From positions 92,568,001 through 92,632,000 of the forward strand of contig NC_086097.1 of NCBI RefSeq assembly GCF_963921235.1: a DNA stretch of 64,000 nt, given 5' to 3'. The stretch's first letter is position 1. Each line of letters opens with the position of its first letter. Under the pieces are notes generated by a model. That model saw nothing but the letters and a program-made list of their open reading frames with translations, was not told the origin of the DNA and did no database searches. The position numbers were made by a program, and so were the translations under genes. Positions 25,953 to 38,899 of this stretch are shown in pieces. This stretch comes from Mobula hypostoma (lineage: Eukaryota).

Positions 25953-26104
25953 ATAGATTTGTATTTGATGGTCAACATAGGCACAGTGGGTTGAAGGACC
26001 TGCTTCTGTGTGGTATGACTCAATATCTCCAAGATCTCTTTCAACCCATGTCTTTCAGTTCACACCACAGCCAAGACAAAAGTATCAAGTAAAATTTGCA
26101 CCAC

Positions 26105-26620
26105 CCACAAATGACAATCAGTGACTACCTCCAACAAGAGAAAATCTAATTACCTACCCTTGACATTTAACAAAATTAACATTGTTCACAAACATCAATA
26201 TCCCAGAGGGTCACTATTGTCAGATATTCAATTGGACCTGTCAATAAATACTGTGGCTTCAAGATCAAGTCAAAGGCTGGGTTTTCTGCAGCGAGTGACT
26301 CAACCTCTGACATCCTAAGTCTTTCCACTACCTGCAAAGCACAACTCAGGAATCTCCATTTGATTCTACCTCTGCCAACAAGAAGGACAGGGCAGCAGAT
26401 TCAAGGAAACACCATGTGCTTCAGATTTCCCTCTAAGACATGTGTTATCCTGACCTGGAATTATAGTTTTTTTTTCTGTTTTTGCATGATTCTGAAATCC
26501 CTTCCTAAATAGCATGGTGAGAGCATCCTTGCTAGAATTCTATAGCACTTCAAGCTAACAACTCATTTTTACTTCTCAAGGGCAATGAGTGACAGGTAAT
26601 AAATGCTGGTCTTGCCCACA
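26105..26620 (+). mobile_element. Ancient LINE 3' remnant (CR1/L2 group)
   Basis: SQRLGFLQRV-like remnant and a 3' end cttctcaagggcaat..aataaatgctgg. Confidence 0.5.
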
Positions 26621-27116
26621 AAACACATTCTACAAGACATTTAGCAGGTACGTGAATTGAGGAACATGGGCCAAATCAGGCAAATGGAGCTAGCTTGAAT
26701 CAAGATCTTGGTAGGGATGGACAAGTTGAGCATGGAGACTTGCCTTGCCCACAACATACTTTTTCACAAAACATCTAGACAGGTACATGAATTGAAAAAG
26801 TTTAGAGGAATGTGGGCCAAATGCTGGCAAATGGGACCAGCTTGGATGGACATCATGGTGGGCATGAACACGTTGGGCGTAAAGCGTACTTACGTGCTGT
26901 GTTTCTCTCTGACTCTTTAAGACCATTCTGATGACTTAGTGGTCATCAGTAAGTAACACTACATTTTATTTACAGATTTATTTGCTTTGATTTAAATTCT
27001 TCAGTTGCCATTGTGGGAATCAAACACATCTTTGGATCAATAGATCTTGCTTCCAGATATTGCTCCAATTAATTATATTCCAAGTTGAAGCACCATATTA
27101 TATTGCTGGTACTCAC

Positions 27117-27141
27117 CTGTACATAATCGTTTATCTCTCAT
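27117..27141 (-). CDS. Speculative start-codon exon segment (MRDKRLCT+G)
   Basis: GTGATG context and a strong CAG|GTGAGT donor. Phase 1 matches the exon at 10612-10679. The 5' boundary is unknown. Confidence 0.2.
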
Positions 27142-27204
27142 CACAGCCAGAAGATAAATGGCCAATGGATTACATTATAAGACTATAACTTCCAGTCACG
27201 TGCA

Positions 27205-29600
27205 GACAGAAATGGAGAAGGGTAATGAATACAGGACTGAAGGTGTTACATTTGAATGCACACAGTAGACGAAGTAAGGTAGATGATCTTGTAGCACAGT
27301 TAGAAATTGGCAGGTGTGATGCAGTGTGTATCATTGAGTCATAGCTGGAAGATCACAGTTGATGGCTTAACATCCAAGGACACACATTGTATCAAAAGAC
27401 AGGCAGGTAGGCAGAGGTGCTGGGGTGGCAATGTTGGTAAAAAATGAAATCAAATCCTTAGAAAGAGATAACATATGATCAGAAGATGTAGGATCATTGT
27501 ACAGTATGTAAAGTTAAGAAACTTTAAGGGTAAAAAGACATGGGGGATACAGGCCTCCGAACAGTAGCTGGGATGCAGGATACCAATTACAATGGGAGAT
27601 TTTAAAAAACACATGTAAAAAGGACAATGTAACAATAGTGATGGGGGATTTCAATATACAGGTAGATTGGGCGTCAGGTTTGTGTTGGACCCAAGAGAGT
27701 GAATTTATAGAATGCCTGCACAATGGCTTTTTATAAAGCAGCTTGTGGTTGAGACCAATAGGAGAAAGGCAATTCTGGATTGGGTGTTGTGTAATGTACA
27801 GGATTTGATTAAGGAGCTTAAGGTAAAAGAACCTTTAGGAACAGGTGATCATAATATGATAGAATTCACTCTGCAGTTGTGATGGATATTCACTTTCCAG
27901 GGCCTGAGAGATTCATTCCTAACCTCAGCTTCCTAGCCCAGCAAAATGACCTCTCCAAAGAGTCAGAGTTGTTTGTGACAAAGTTAAACTTCAAGCCGAT
28001 ATTCCTTACTCAGCTTCCTATTGTAAACAAGAACCAGTCGTCACTTCTTAATGAAAGATGCCAGCAATAATCGGTCTGAAGTTAAAAGAACAGCTTTGCA
28101 AACAAACAGCACTGTCTATTAGTGCATAGGATACTGGCCCACAGCAGCTGATAGGCTGCTCAAGTGATACGGTTTACAAAGAGAATGACATGAGGTGTTC
28201 CGATCTACATCAGCTAAATGTAAAACAATGGGAATATGTTAATTAGCCTGCATCAAACCAGGCAAAATCAGATACATCAGTATTATAGTGGATTAAAGGG
28301 AACAAAAGAGACATGAGAAAGGAGCTGGCCAAAACTGATTGGAAGGAATTCTAGCAGAGATGATGGCAGAATATCAATGGCTGGAGTTTTTGGGAGCAAT
28401 TTGGAAGGTGTGGGATAGATTCATCCTGAGGATAAAAGGAGGATGAGGCAACCGTGGCTGACAAAGGAAGTCAAAGACACCATAAATGTAAAATAGAGGG
28501 CATATGATATAGCAATAATTAGTGGGAAACTAGAGGATTGGGGAGGTTTTAAAAATCAACAGAAGGCAACTAAAAACAAAAATATTAAGGAGAGAAAATA
28601 TGAAATATGCAGGTAAACTAGCTAATAATATAAAAGACGATACCAGAAGTTTTCTTTCAGATATATAAAAAATAAAGGAGAGGCGAGAGTGGATATCAGA
28701 CCTCTGGAAATGACAATGGAGAAGTAGTAATTGGGTATAACTAAATGGTGGACAAGAGAAGTATTTTGCATCAGTCTTCACTGTGGAAGGCACCAGCAGT
28801 ACGCCAGAAATTCGAGAGTGTCGGGAAGCAGAAGCAAGTGTAGTTGCCATTACTAAGAAAAAGGTGCTTTGGAAGCTCAAAGGTCTGAAGTCACCTGGAC
28901 CAGATGAACAACACCCCAGGGTTCTGAAGGACACAGCTGAAGAGACTGAGGAAGCATTAATAGTAATCTTTCAAGAGTCACTCGATTCTGGAATGGTTCC
29001 AGAGGACTGGATAATTGCAAATGTCATTCCACTCTCAGAAGAGAAGCAAGCAAAAATCTATAAATTATAGGTCAGTTAGCCTGACTTCAGTGGCTGAGAA
29101 GATGTTAGGATCTATTATAAAGGATGAGGTTCTGGGGTACTTGGAGGCACTTGATAAAAGAGGAAAGTCAGCATGGTGTCCTTAGGGGGAAATATTAGCT
29201 GGACAGCTCTGGAGCATCAGAGGCTGTGGGATGACCCGACACAAGTTTATGAAGTGAGAGTCACTGATGGGTAAATGGTCAGAGTCCGTTTTCCCAGGAT
29301 GAAAATGCAAGAGGGCATAGAGTTAAAATGAGAGAAAAAAAGTTAAAAGGAAATTTGTGAGGAAAGTTTTTTTCTTAACTGAGAGAATGTTATGTGCCTA
29401 GAACACAATGCTGGGGGACAGATAGAACAGATTGATTTAGAGGCATTAGGACATACACATGAACAGGTAGTGAACAGGGGAACACAGATCATGTATAGAC
29501 ATATACGATCAGCTAGATTGCTTTAATAGTTGGTGGACATGATGGCCAAAGAGTCCATTTCTGCAATGCACTCCTCTATTTTCTACATTTTATGTTCTAC
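27205..29600 (+). mobile_element. Degraded CR1 ORF2 (endonuclease to 3'UTR, with deletions), interrupted at 27879-28262
   Basis: LNAHS start, MGDFN, DHNMIEF, KSPGPD, VPEDW remnants; CR1 tail near 29570-29600. Confidence 0.8.
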
Positions 29601-29629
29601 CATAAAACAAGTGTTAATAGTAAAATAAT

Positions 29630-31830
29630 AAAATGACCAAGCAGAGCCAGCAAGGACTTGTGGAAAATAAATCATTTTTAACAAATCTTTTGCAATTATT
29701 TGAGGCTATAGCTAGCATACTGGATGAAGATAGAGGAGGGGAAGAATCTTACCTCAGAAAATCAAGAAGTGGAATCATTTTGCCTGATGCTAGGAAATAT
29801 CAAGTGGCAGAAATCATCAAAAGATCCCATGTAGTGATGTTTGAGCCAGAGGTTAAAAGATCCACGTTACAGTGGTAATACAGTGATCAATGGGGACTTT
29901 TTCTACATGTAGACTGGGAAAAGTATTGAACAGTAATAGTGCAGGGGACAAATTCATGGAATGTATAAGAGATTGTTTTCTAGATCAACGTATTGAGGAA
30001 CCAATGACAGAACCAGTTATTTTAGATGTTGTCTTAAAAAATGAGAAATAGTTCATTGAATAACTTGTACTTAAGGGATCTTTGGGGAACTGTGCTCATA
30101 ATATAAAATAATTTTATATTATTATTGAAAGTGATTTTTTTCTGAATCAGGGCCTTAAATCCGAATAAAGCAAACTATGAAGGCATGATACATGTGTTAG
30201 ACTATGATAAATTGAGAGACTACATTGAAAGGTGTAACAGTTAAAAAAAATTATTACATAGATTATAAACAAAACTAAATAAGAAGTTAAAGGTAGTTTG
30301 GATCAAAGGAAAATGATTTAAAATTGTCCCAGAAAATGTGATAAACCAATGATTACAAAACTTCATAGTTCAGGAAAGGAGGACCAATATTGTTAAAGGA
30401 AGGGAAGGTGGTGCGGGAGAGAAAAACACAAGGTGCATAAAGGTTTGATACTGTAAATATGTAAAAAGGAGAAAACCGCAAAAAGTAAACATGTGTCCTT
30501 CACAGTCTAAGACGGGGGAAATTATCTGTGATGTAAGGAAATGGCAGGAAATAAACCAGATATTCTATACACCTTCACAGAAAAATGTGTGAAATTCTAA
30601 TTGAATAAGGAGTTCAAAGATTTACATTAGTTTAAAAAGACAATAAATGCCCAGGACAGTGTCCTTCAAACATTAAACAGAACTAATGATAACAAACAGA
30701 ATTTATTTCATCCTGAACATGACTATGAGTATAAATAAGAACATTTTACAATCGTTTATAATTTTTGAAGGTTATGGCTATGGAGATGGTGGTGCATATG
30801 TATTGTTTTCCAATATTCCATGGATTTTTGTACCGTTCCCACAGATTGAAAGGAAGCAAAGGTTTCTTTTTCAAAAAAAAAGGGAGGGAAAGAGGAAAAG
30901 GGGAATAGTAAACTAATTAACCAGGCATCGATAACAAAGTTCCGAAACTTATTACTACAGAAGTGGCAATAGGGCAGTTAGCATTAAGTATCAATCTGGG
31001 CAGAGTAAGCAAAGATTTATGAAAGGGAACTCATTTTTATCATATTTGATGGTGTTTATGAGGCCATAATTAGTAGGTTAAAAAAAGACAAAAACAAATG
31101 AGCTTAGTTTACTTGGACTTTCAGAAGATCTCCTATGAGGTGTCACACCAGAGGTTATTAAACAAAGTTATACTGCACGGTACTGGGGGCAAAATACTGA
31201 CATGGAACAAGGATTAACTAATGGACCACAAACAGAGACAGGAATAAGCAGCTCATCATCAGGTTGAAAGGCCGTGATCACTGAGGTGATACAGGGATCA
31301 GTATTCTAGCACAGCTGCTCACAATCTATTTCAACAGTTTGAATGAGGGATCAAGTATAATATGTTCGAGGTTGCTGATAATACAAGGTGGATGGCAGTG
31401 TGGGTTGTGAGCAGGATATAGAGAGGATTTGGTGAATCCAGGCAACCCAATAAATGTGCTAAGGCATATTATTTGGAAAAGTGAAAATCCATGTACTTCA
31501 TATACTTTACTTTCTATACTAAAGAAAATAAGAATAATCTGAATGTGCAAAATAGACTGAAAACTATTGGTGTTCAAAGGGACCTGGGAGTCCTCAATCA
31601 TGATGCATTGAAGGTTAATGTCCAGGAATAACAACCAATTTTGAAAGTAGACAAAATCATTATAAGATCAGACATGTGATACTCCAATTCTATAGGACTC
31701 CAGTGGCATTGTTCTCCCTTCCTAAAGGAAGAGGGGTTGCAGTGAAGGATCACTAGACTGATTCCTAGGATCACAGAATTTGTCAAATGAAGAGGTCAAA
31801 CAGTCAGGAACTATATTCTTTTCAGTATTT
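29630..31830 (+). mobile_element. Highly degraded CR1 ORF2
   Basis: Scattered EN/RT remnants (ggacttttc, ttggactttcagaag, cagggatcagt, gttgctgata, agggacctggg). Confidence 0.65.
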
Positions 31831-32649
31831 CATCAGTAACAACACATCAAAATGACATCATTTACTGTCCAGGATTTTGGAAGATCAAGTGGTTGTGAAA
31901 GATTGTGTAGGAAGTCAACCTTTTTCTTCTCTTTTATGCTAAAATCTTGCCAAAGTGATGCACGCTCAAATCCCAGAAAATTTACAGCAGAGGAGACAGA
32001 GATTTAACTCATCATTTCTATGCTAGTTGTAAAAATAGCCATCTGTCTAATCCCACCTATATCACTTCTAGCCTTATAGGTTTTGGTTCTTCAAGTGCAC
32101 TTCTAAATGCAGTACCAATGCAATGAGGGGTTTTGCTATTACCAAACTCTGAGTGACTACATTAAACCCTCCCTGCACCACCTCACCCTAATCAATCTCC
32201 CTAGTAGTTTAAACTTTTGTTTCTGACTTTGAAGGCTTAAAACGATAAAATGCTTTCTCAGACAAATGTAGAGTGCAATGAAACACTGGTGTTATCATAG
32301 GATCCAACCAACCATGCAAACAAGCCGGGTCTTTCAGAGTGAGCTGTCACACAACTAAATTCATGATCTGTTAAATCACAATGCCATTGAACAGAGCAAT
32401 TTTCACAAACCAGAGATTTTGGAAATTAGGCAGAAAATATGCAAAAGGCCAATTCAAAGTTCACATTACCTAATACAATTTTGGGCTTTATCCAATTAAA
32501 CCAAATTAGGTATTCATCTTCATTAAGACTTATGGATAAGATGCAAACCTGCTGAGTGTATGAATGCAGTTGTTATGATGCAGGGCTGATGTTTGTTTTG
32601 GAGGCTTGGACAAGTAATCCAGGCAGCACATGTTCAAAAAACCTCATGA

Positions 32650-33080
32650 TGGTTCAAAAGTTCAAAGTAAATTCATTGTCAAAGTATATACATGTCACCA
32701 CATAAAACCCTGAGATTAATTTTCCTGTGAGTATACTTAATAATAATCATAATAAAATCAGTGAAAGACCACAACAACCTGAGCATTCAACCAGTGTGCA
32801 AAAGACAACAAACTGCGTGAATACAAAAAGAAAAAAAAATAATAATACAGTAAATATTGACGAGATGAGATGAAGATTCCTTGAAAGTGATTCCATTTCA
32901 AAGATGGGGCAAATGAAGTTGTTCTCTTTGGTTCAAGAGCCTGATGGTTGAGGGGTAGTAATTGTCCTTGAATCCCGTGGTGTGAGTCCTCAGGCTCCTG
33001 TACTCTCTTCCTGACGGCAGTAGCGAGAACAGAGCATGTCCAGGGAGGTGGGGGTCCCTGATGATGGATACTGGAGAACT
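32650..33080 (-). mobile_element. Rex1/Babar-type LINE 3' end
   Basis: Reverse complement of the family at 5785-6195; (TTTGAAC)-type tail. Confidence 0.75.
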
Positions 33081-33534
33081 CTGATATCTGTTTAAGGGTA
33101 CCTGGAATATTATGGTGAATATTAAATTGTTTGATTATCATTAAGGTTTAACTGGTATTGAGCAAGTCATATTTGGAGTCCCTATCAGGCTGGTGAGGTC
33201 TGTATATGATTCCAGACTGTTGACTCTGTGTGCTCCATAGAATTTATTGAAGAAGCTTCTTTGTTGTATCAAGGAGTAACTAGAGAGAGGCACCAACTGA
33301 TGAACTTCCAGTAACACCCATATCCGAAGACAGGTGCATGTACAGGAAAGATTTAGAGAGCAATGGACCAAACACAGCCAAATGGGACTACCTTTCATGG
33401 CCCTCTTAGAGAGAAGTTGAACAGAAGGGTCTGCTTCTACACTGTATAACCCTGTGGCTCTAGGAATTAGGAAAACCAACAAACCAAATCGGGGAACATG
33501 GACATTCAGACTGGCTTTGCCAAGATGCATGAAT

Positions 33535-34225
33535 ATTAGATTATTAGATTATATTATGAGGACACACAGTCCTCTTTTACTGTCATTTAGTAATGCATGC
33601 ATTAGGAAATGATACAATGTTCCTCCAGTATGATATCACAGAAACACAAGACAGACCAAGACTGAAAAACTGACAAAACCACATAACTATAACATATAGT
33701 TACAACAGTGCAAAGTAATACCGTAATTTGATAAAGAACAGACCATGGGCACAGTAAAAAAAAAAGTCTCAAAGTCTCTCGGAAGTCCCATCATGTCACG
33801 CAGACGGTAGAAGGAAGAAAAACTCTCCCTGCCATGAACCTCCGGCACGGCAAACTTGCCAATGCAGCACCCTGGAAGCACCCGACCACAGCCGACTCTT
33901 GAGTCCGTCCGAAAATGTCTAGCCTCCAACCAGCCCTCCGACACCGAGCACCGAGCACCATCTCTGCCGAGCGCTTCGACCCTGGCCCCAGCCGCCAAGT
34001 AATAGGCAAAGCCAAGGATTTGGGGCCTTCCCCTCCGGAGATTCTCGGTTGCACAGTAGCAGCGGCAGTGAAGCGGGCATTTCAGAAGTTTCTCCAGATG
34101 TTCCTCCGTGCTTCTCACGTCTGTATCCATCAAATCAGGATTGTGCATGGTACCCTACGTAACAAATACAGATATTATTCCAGGGCGGCTGTGCACTCTG
34201 CATTGTGCCGCCATCTTCTCCTTCC
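33535..34225 (-). mobile_element. Non-coding, non-autonomous retroelement, copy 2
   Basis: Homologous to 6316-6934. Head GGAGAAGATGGCGGC; tail (AATCT)-like. Confidence 0.8.
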
Positions 34226-34384
34226 CTAAATATACATGAAAAGATAAGGATAAAGGAACTGGGGAAGGTAGCAAATGGAATTGAAAATGTAAGAACTAGG
34301 AATAGGAGTAGTACATCTGACCCTGCTCTGCCATTCATGAAGACTGGTCTTCTAACTCAGCTTTGTTTCAATACCATCCCCACA

Positions 34385-34745
34385 TTTACATGATGCAATG
34401 CCTCAGGAAAGCAGCATCTATCATTAAAGATCCCTGTCATCCAGGCCCAGCCATTTTCTCACAGCTACCATCAGGCAGGAGGTACAAAACTCAAGTCCCA
34501 CACCAACAGCTACTTCACTTTAACCATTCAGTTCCTGAACCAACTGGCACAAACCTAATCGCCATAGTACAGCAATGCTATGACCACTTTGATCACTTTG
34601 CAAGAAATGAACATTTTTTAAACTTATGTTCATCAATAAAAATTATGTATAATTTATATTTAATTTATACTTTTCTTGTGAATGCTGCTGTATGTTTGTC
34701 ATGTACTTTACTCATGTATGTAACAATAAACCTAACTTTGACTAT
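34385..34745 (+). mobile_element. Rex1-type LINE 3' fragment
   Basis: CLRKAASIIKDPCHPG..LPSGRRY. Confidence 0.8.
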
Positions 34746-35649
34746 GCTAACATCCTGAAATCTATCAAGCTCTGTTTCCCATGAATTCGCTAATACAATT
34801 TCTGAGTGAAGATACCTCTCCCTATCACAGTCCTGATTGGCTGGACACAGGGCGGGAATTATAGATAGTTTAAGAGTGATCTGAAGATTTTAGGGCCTAT
34901 TTTGGTTCAAACAGAGGCTTCAAACTTTCCCATGAAGTAGGAGGTAACTGCAAACCTGAGGGAATTTCAAAAAGCTGTAAGCTCATTATCAGCAAATGTG
35001 AAGCATTTACTGCCATTTTCAGTAAACAAAAATTGTTAACAGTAACACTTTGGAAAAGCCTACAGAAAAAAAGGGAATGCTATGATTTTGGGCTAGGGAA
35101 GCATTTAAACCAGCAACTCAATGGACTGGCTAAAAAATTGTAGAAAATATTGAGTCTATGTAAGCCTGCACCTGAGTGTTAGGTGAAGGCTTGGCCACGT
35201 TGCAGGAGGAATGAAGGACAGCAAAAAGGGTAGAGTGTTGATTTACTGGGATGCTGCCAGCTATGAGGAAATGCCAAGACTTGAACAATAGGAACATTTT
35301 TGGCATAATAGAAGGAATTATAGGTTGATGTAGTGGTGTGTATGGCAATTTGAAGGGATGGTATAGAGTTGGTAAAGATGGTTTCTAATGGTAAAGATCT
35401 AAGGAGCTCATACCTCACACCCAAGGCTTGCCTGTCTCTTTCCTAGCAGTAACGGTTCCAGTAAGCATTGCTCAGCAATGCCTCACCCACCTTGCAGAAT
35501 GCGTAGTGTACTACAGGCTCTCTTTCCACTGCCTCATTGGAGCAGAAGGTTTTAACAGTACCATCACCTGCAAGGGTGCGTGCACTGGTGAAGCCAATGT
35601 TAAAGCAGCACTCCCCCAAAAACTTGATTTTTTTTTTTGAAACGTCCCG

Positions 35650-36190
35650 GGCAAAACAGACAGATGAATTTCCTCCGCTCCATCTGCAAAAAACAGAACT
35701 TCCCGACGGCCAAGTATTTTATTTCTGATTCCCATTCCCATTCCTACACGTCAGTCTACTGCCTTTTCTTGTGCCGTGATGAGGGCACCCTCCGTGTGGA
35801 GGAGCAACACCTTGTATTCTGTCTGGGTACCCTCCACCCTGATGGCATGAATATTGGTTTATCCTCATGTTAAAAATATTTTCCCCTCTCCCTCCCCTCT
35901 TCCACCTGCCTATCCCCCTCCCCAGGTCCCCTCCTCCTCCTTTTCCCCTCTGGTCCACTCTCCTCTCTTATCACATTCCTTCTTCTCCAGCCCTTTATCT
36001 TTCCCACCCATCTGGCTTCACCTATCACCTTCTAGTTATGCTCTTTCCCTCCCCCCCACCTTTTTACTCTGGCCTCTTCCTCCTTCCATCTCAGTCCTGA
36101 AGAAGGATCTGAGCCCAGAACCTCAACTGTTTATTCATGCTGCCTGACCTGCTGAGTTCCTCCAATATCTTGTGGGTGTTACTTGAATTT
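35650..36190 (+). mobile_element. Penelope-like element 3' remnant (GIY-YIG endonuclease C-terminus + pLTR with decayed hammerhead)
   Basis: FLRSI..FPTAKYF..EEQHLVFCLGTLHPDGMNI, a pyrimidine-rich spacer, then cagtcctgaagaagg..ccc..caactg and tgctgcctgacctgctgagttcctcca. Confidence 0.8.
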
Positions 36191-36419
36191 CCTTTATTAT
36201 TAGGCAACATGGAAAAAATTCTCCCTGAGTTCTACCAGGGCACATCTTACAAATGCAGTAAAACATTTTATAATTTTCATTATGAATATTAATGTGCAGA
36301 GTACAACTCCACAGTATTAAACCCATTAACATTTTAATCATATCCTGCTGCCTTGTATACTCATGGCCTTTTTATACAAGTTTGAATGTCACTCTGTTTC
36401 AAAAATTCCAAATGTTTCG

Positions 36420-36630
36420 GGCAGAGGTAAGTTTTTTTTAACATAGAGAGTAGTTAACTGATGGAACTTGTTCCCTGGCTTGGTAGTAGAGGCAGATACA
36501 TTAGGGGCGTTTAAGAATGGATGAGAAAACATGGAGGGCTCTGTGGGAGGGAAGAGTTAGATTGATCTTGGAGTAGGTTATATGGTCAGCTCAGCATTAC
36601 GGGCTGTACAGTTTGATGTTCCATGTATTC
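36420..36630 (+). mobile_element. CR1 3'UTR fragment
   Basis: Same family as 40760-40940. Confidence 0.65.
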
Positions 36631-36854
36631 AATTAACCACATGGCTTCCTACTGTTCCTTGATCCCTGCATTTTTCTAATTACTTACTAAAATGGGAAAA
36701 AATAATTTTTAAAGTGGTCTATTTCTGAAAAATAATCAAGCTTCTATGTCCCAGCAGAGGGGGGTGGGGGGAGAAGGTAAAGAATAACGAGGGGATATAG
36801 ACATGTTAGTTATTGGAGGACAGCACGGAAGCTATAATAAGACAGTATACACCT

Positions 36855-37000
36855 TGAGGCCCTCATTGCTCAGGGGCAACCGTTGATGTTGAGTCCCAGC
36901 TGTCTATGTGATACGCAAGCCAGGGCAGTATGATACGGAGAGCAACGTGGTGCCCATGCAGTCGGCTCCCCCTCTCCATGCAGCTGATGAATCAAAAGGA
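36855..37000 (-). mobile_element. Short interspersed fragment, possibly RTE-derived
   Basis: Minus-strand ttgattcatcagctgcatggagaggggg resembles RTE 5' regions (from recall only). Confidence 0.35.
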
Positions 37001-37425
37001 AAGGGAAGGCCCCGAGTCCTCGACTTCGCCTGTTGCTCGGCGGCTGGGGCAGGGTCGAAGCGCTCGGCAGAGGATGGTGCTCGGTGCTCGGTGTCAAAGG
37101 GCTGGTCAGAGGCTCGAAGTTTTCGGATGGACTCAGAGTCCGCAGCGGTCAGGTGCTTCCAATGGTGCTGCATCGGCAGGTTTGCGGCGCTTGGAGGTTC
37201 ACGGCGGGGAGAGTTTCTCCCTTCTACTGTCTGCGTGAGATGATGGGGCTATCAGGACTTGAGACTTTTTACCGTGCCCATGGTCTGCTCTTTATCAAAT
37301 TACGCTATTGCTTTGCACTGTTGTAACTATATATTATAATTATGTGGTTTTGTCAGTTTTAGTCATGGTTTGTCCTGTGTTTCTGTGATATCATTCTGAA
37401 GGAACATTGTTTTTAATGCATGCAC
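37000..37425 (+). mobile_element. Non-coding, non-autonomous retroelement, partial copy 3
   Basis: Reverse complement of about 33590-34030. Confidence 0.8.
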
Positions 37426-38899
37426 TACATGCATCAACAGGTTAGCTCACAAAAAGAAAGTGAAATCCTATTTCCAAGCACGACCTTAGATCAGGGCTTC
37501 CCAATCATTTTTTGGCATTAAGCAAGTAGTCTGTGGATCCCAGCTTGGGATCCTCTGCCTTGGATGGAGTGGAGTCAGTACAACTTGTTTGTGTCTTCTG
37601 TTTGCACTGAGAGAGAAACTTTCAATGTCTGCTTCGATTCCCACTATGTTGTTCCAGAGCCATAACTTTCTGGTTTAACAGCAAGCTCGGCCTGAGCTTG
37701 TCCACGATTAACATGATCTATTGCACCTGGTTTTGAAGTGAGCAGATTCAAAGATGTGACTTTCATTCCTCACTAATCATTGAGATAGAAAACAGAGGAT
37801 GATAGTAGAGGTAAAGCATTAAGCACCCAAGTGAGGTGCATAATAGCACCAGGAGACGGCATGCAGGGAAATGACACAGACAAGGCTGGAGCAGTGTTGA
37901 GTATATAAATACAGGTAAAATTACAATTGCACTCAGAAGGCACAGAAACGTTCAGAGCAAACGGGACATCCATACTAGATTTATAAATCTGGAATGCTCT
38001 GGATAAAGTGGTGCTGGAAGCAGATTAAGTAATATCCTTCAAATCGGAATTGGATGCACGTTTAAAGAGCAAAGGTTTAAAGGTTTTTCAAGGAAGTGCA
38101 GGGAAATGCAGGGAACAAATTGGCAGCCACGATGGGCCGAATCCTGCCCATGACCAGATGTTAAAAGACACAAAGAGATCTGGCTTTTTGTTTTCTCACA
38201 AACAGCTGATGGGGTCAAGGGATTGGGAAAATAGAATGCAACTAATGCGTTTTCGCAGCAGGAGTGCAAGGATTGAGATCCAGCTGCATCTACATTCCTC
38301 GGGCAGATCCTGAATGAGGGAGAGCAGCATTGGCACTGGGAATGCATCAGCCCATGGCGGCTTTCCATAGAGGTTGCAAGGAAGTACCTTCCATGTACAT
38401 TACGGAACGAGGCTACACGGCAGATGTTGAGAAAAGATACATCTGTAATTTTTGAACGTTCTAACTCAAGCAATCCAAAATTAGTGCAGAGAAAACCTCA
38501 TTGTTTGGATCAACTGCAGGCTGCCCATTTCCTTGAAACTATTCCACCATTCAAATAGATTGTGATTGAGGAATGCCTTAATCCTTCAGCTGGCCTTAAA
38601 CCCCCTTAACAAATAAAATCTCAGCAGCGTCAGTTATTAAACTCTCTGACAAACACCATGGTTTTCTAAGAAGTGAGGCCTTTGAGAAGGACGATGCTTC
38701 CGCAAGCTGAGAGGCCTGCATCTGATTTTAATCTCATAGATACTTGCAATGGAGCCCCACATCTCCCTACCCACCCTTGGATTCACATAGGGATCTTGGG
38801 GTCCGGACCTTGGCTCTCTGAAAGTGACCATGCACGTAGATAGGGTGCTTAAAAAGGCATATGGCATGCTTGCCTTCATTGGTTGGCCACTGAATATCA

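Noticed and set aside
36984..37005. CTGATGA as another hammerhead core
   Set aside because: No stem II/GAAA/UH arrangement or stem I pairing.
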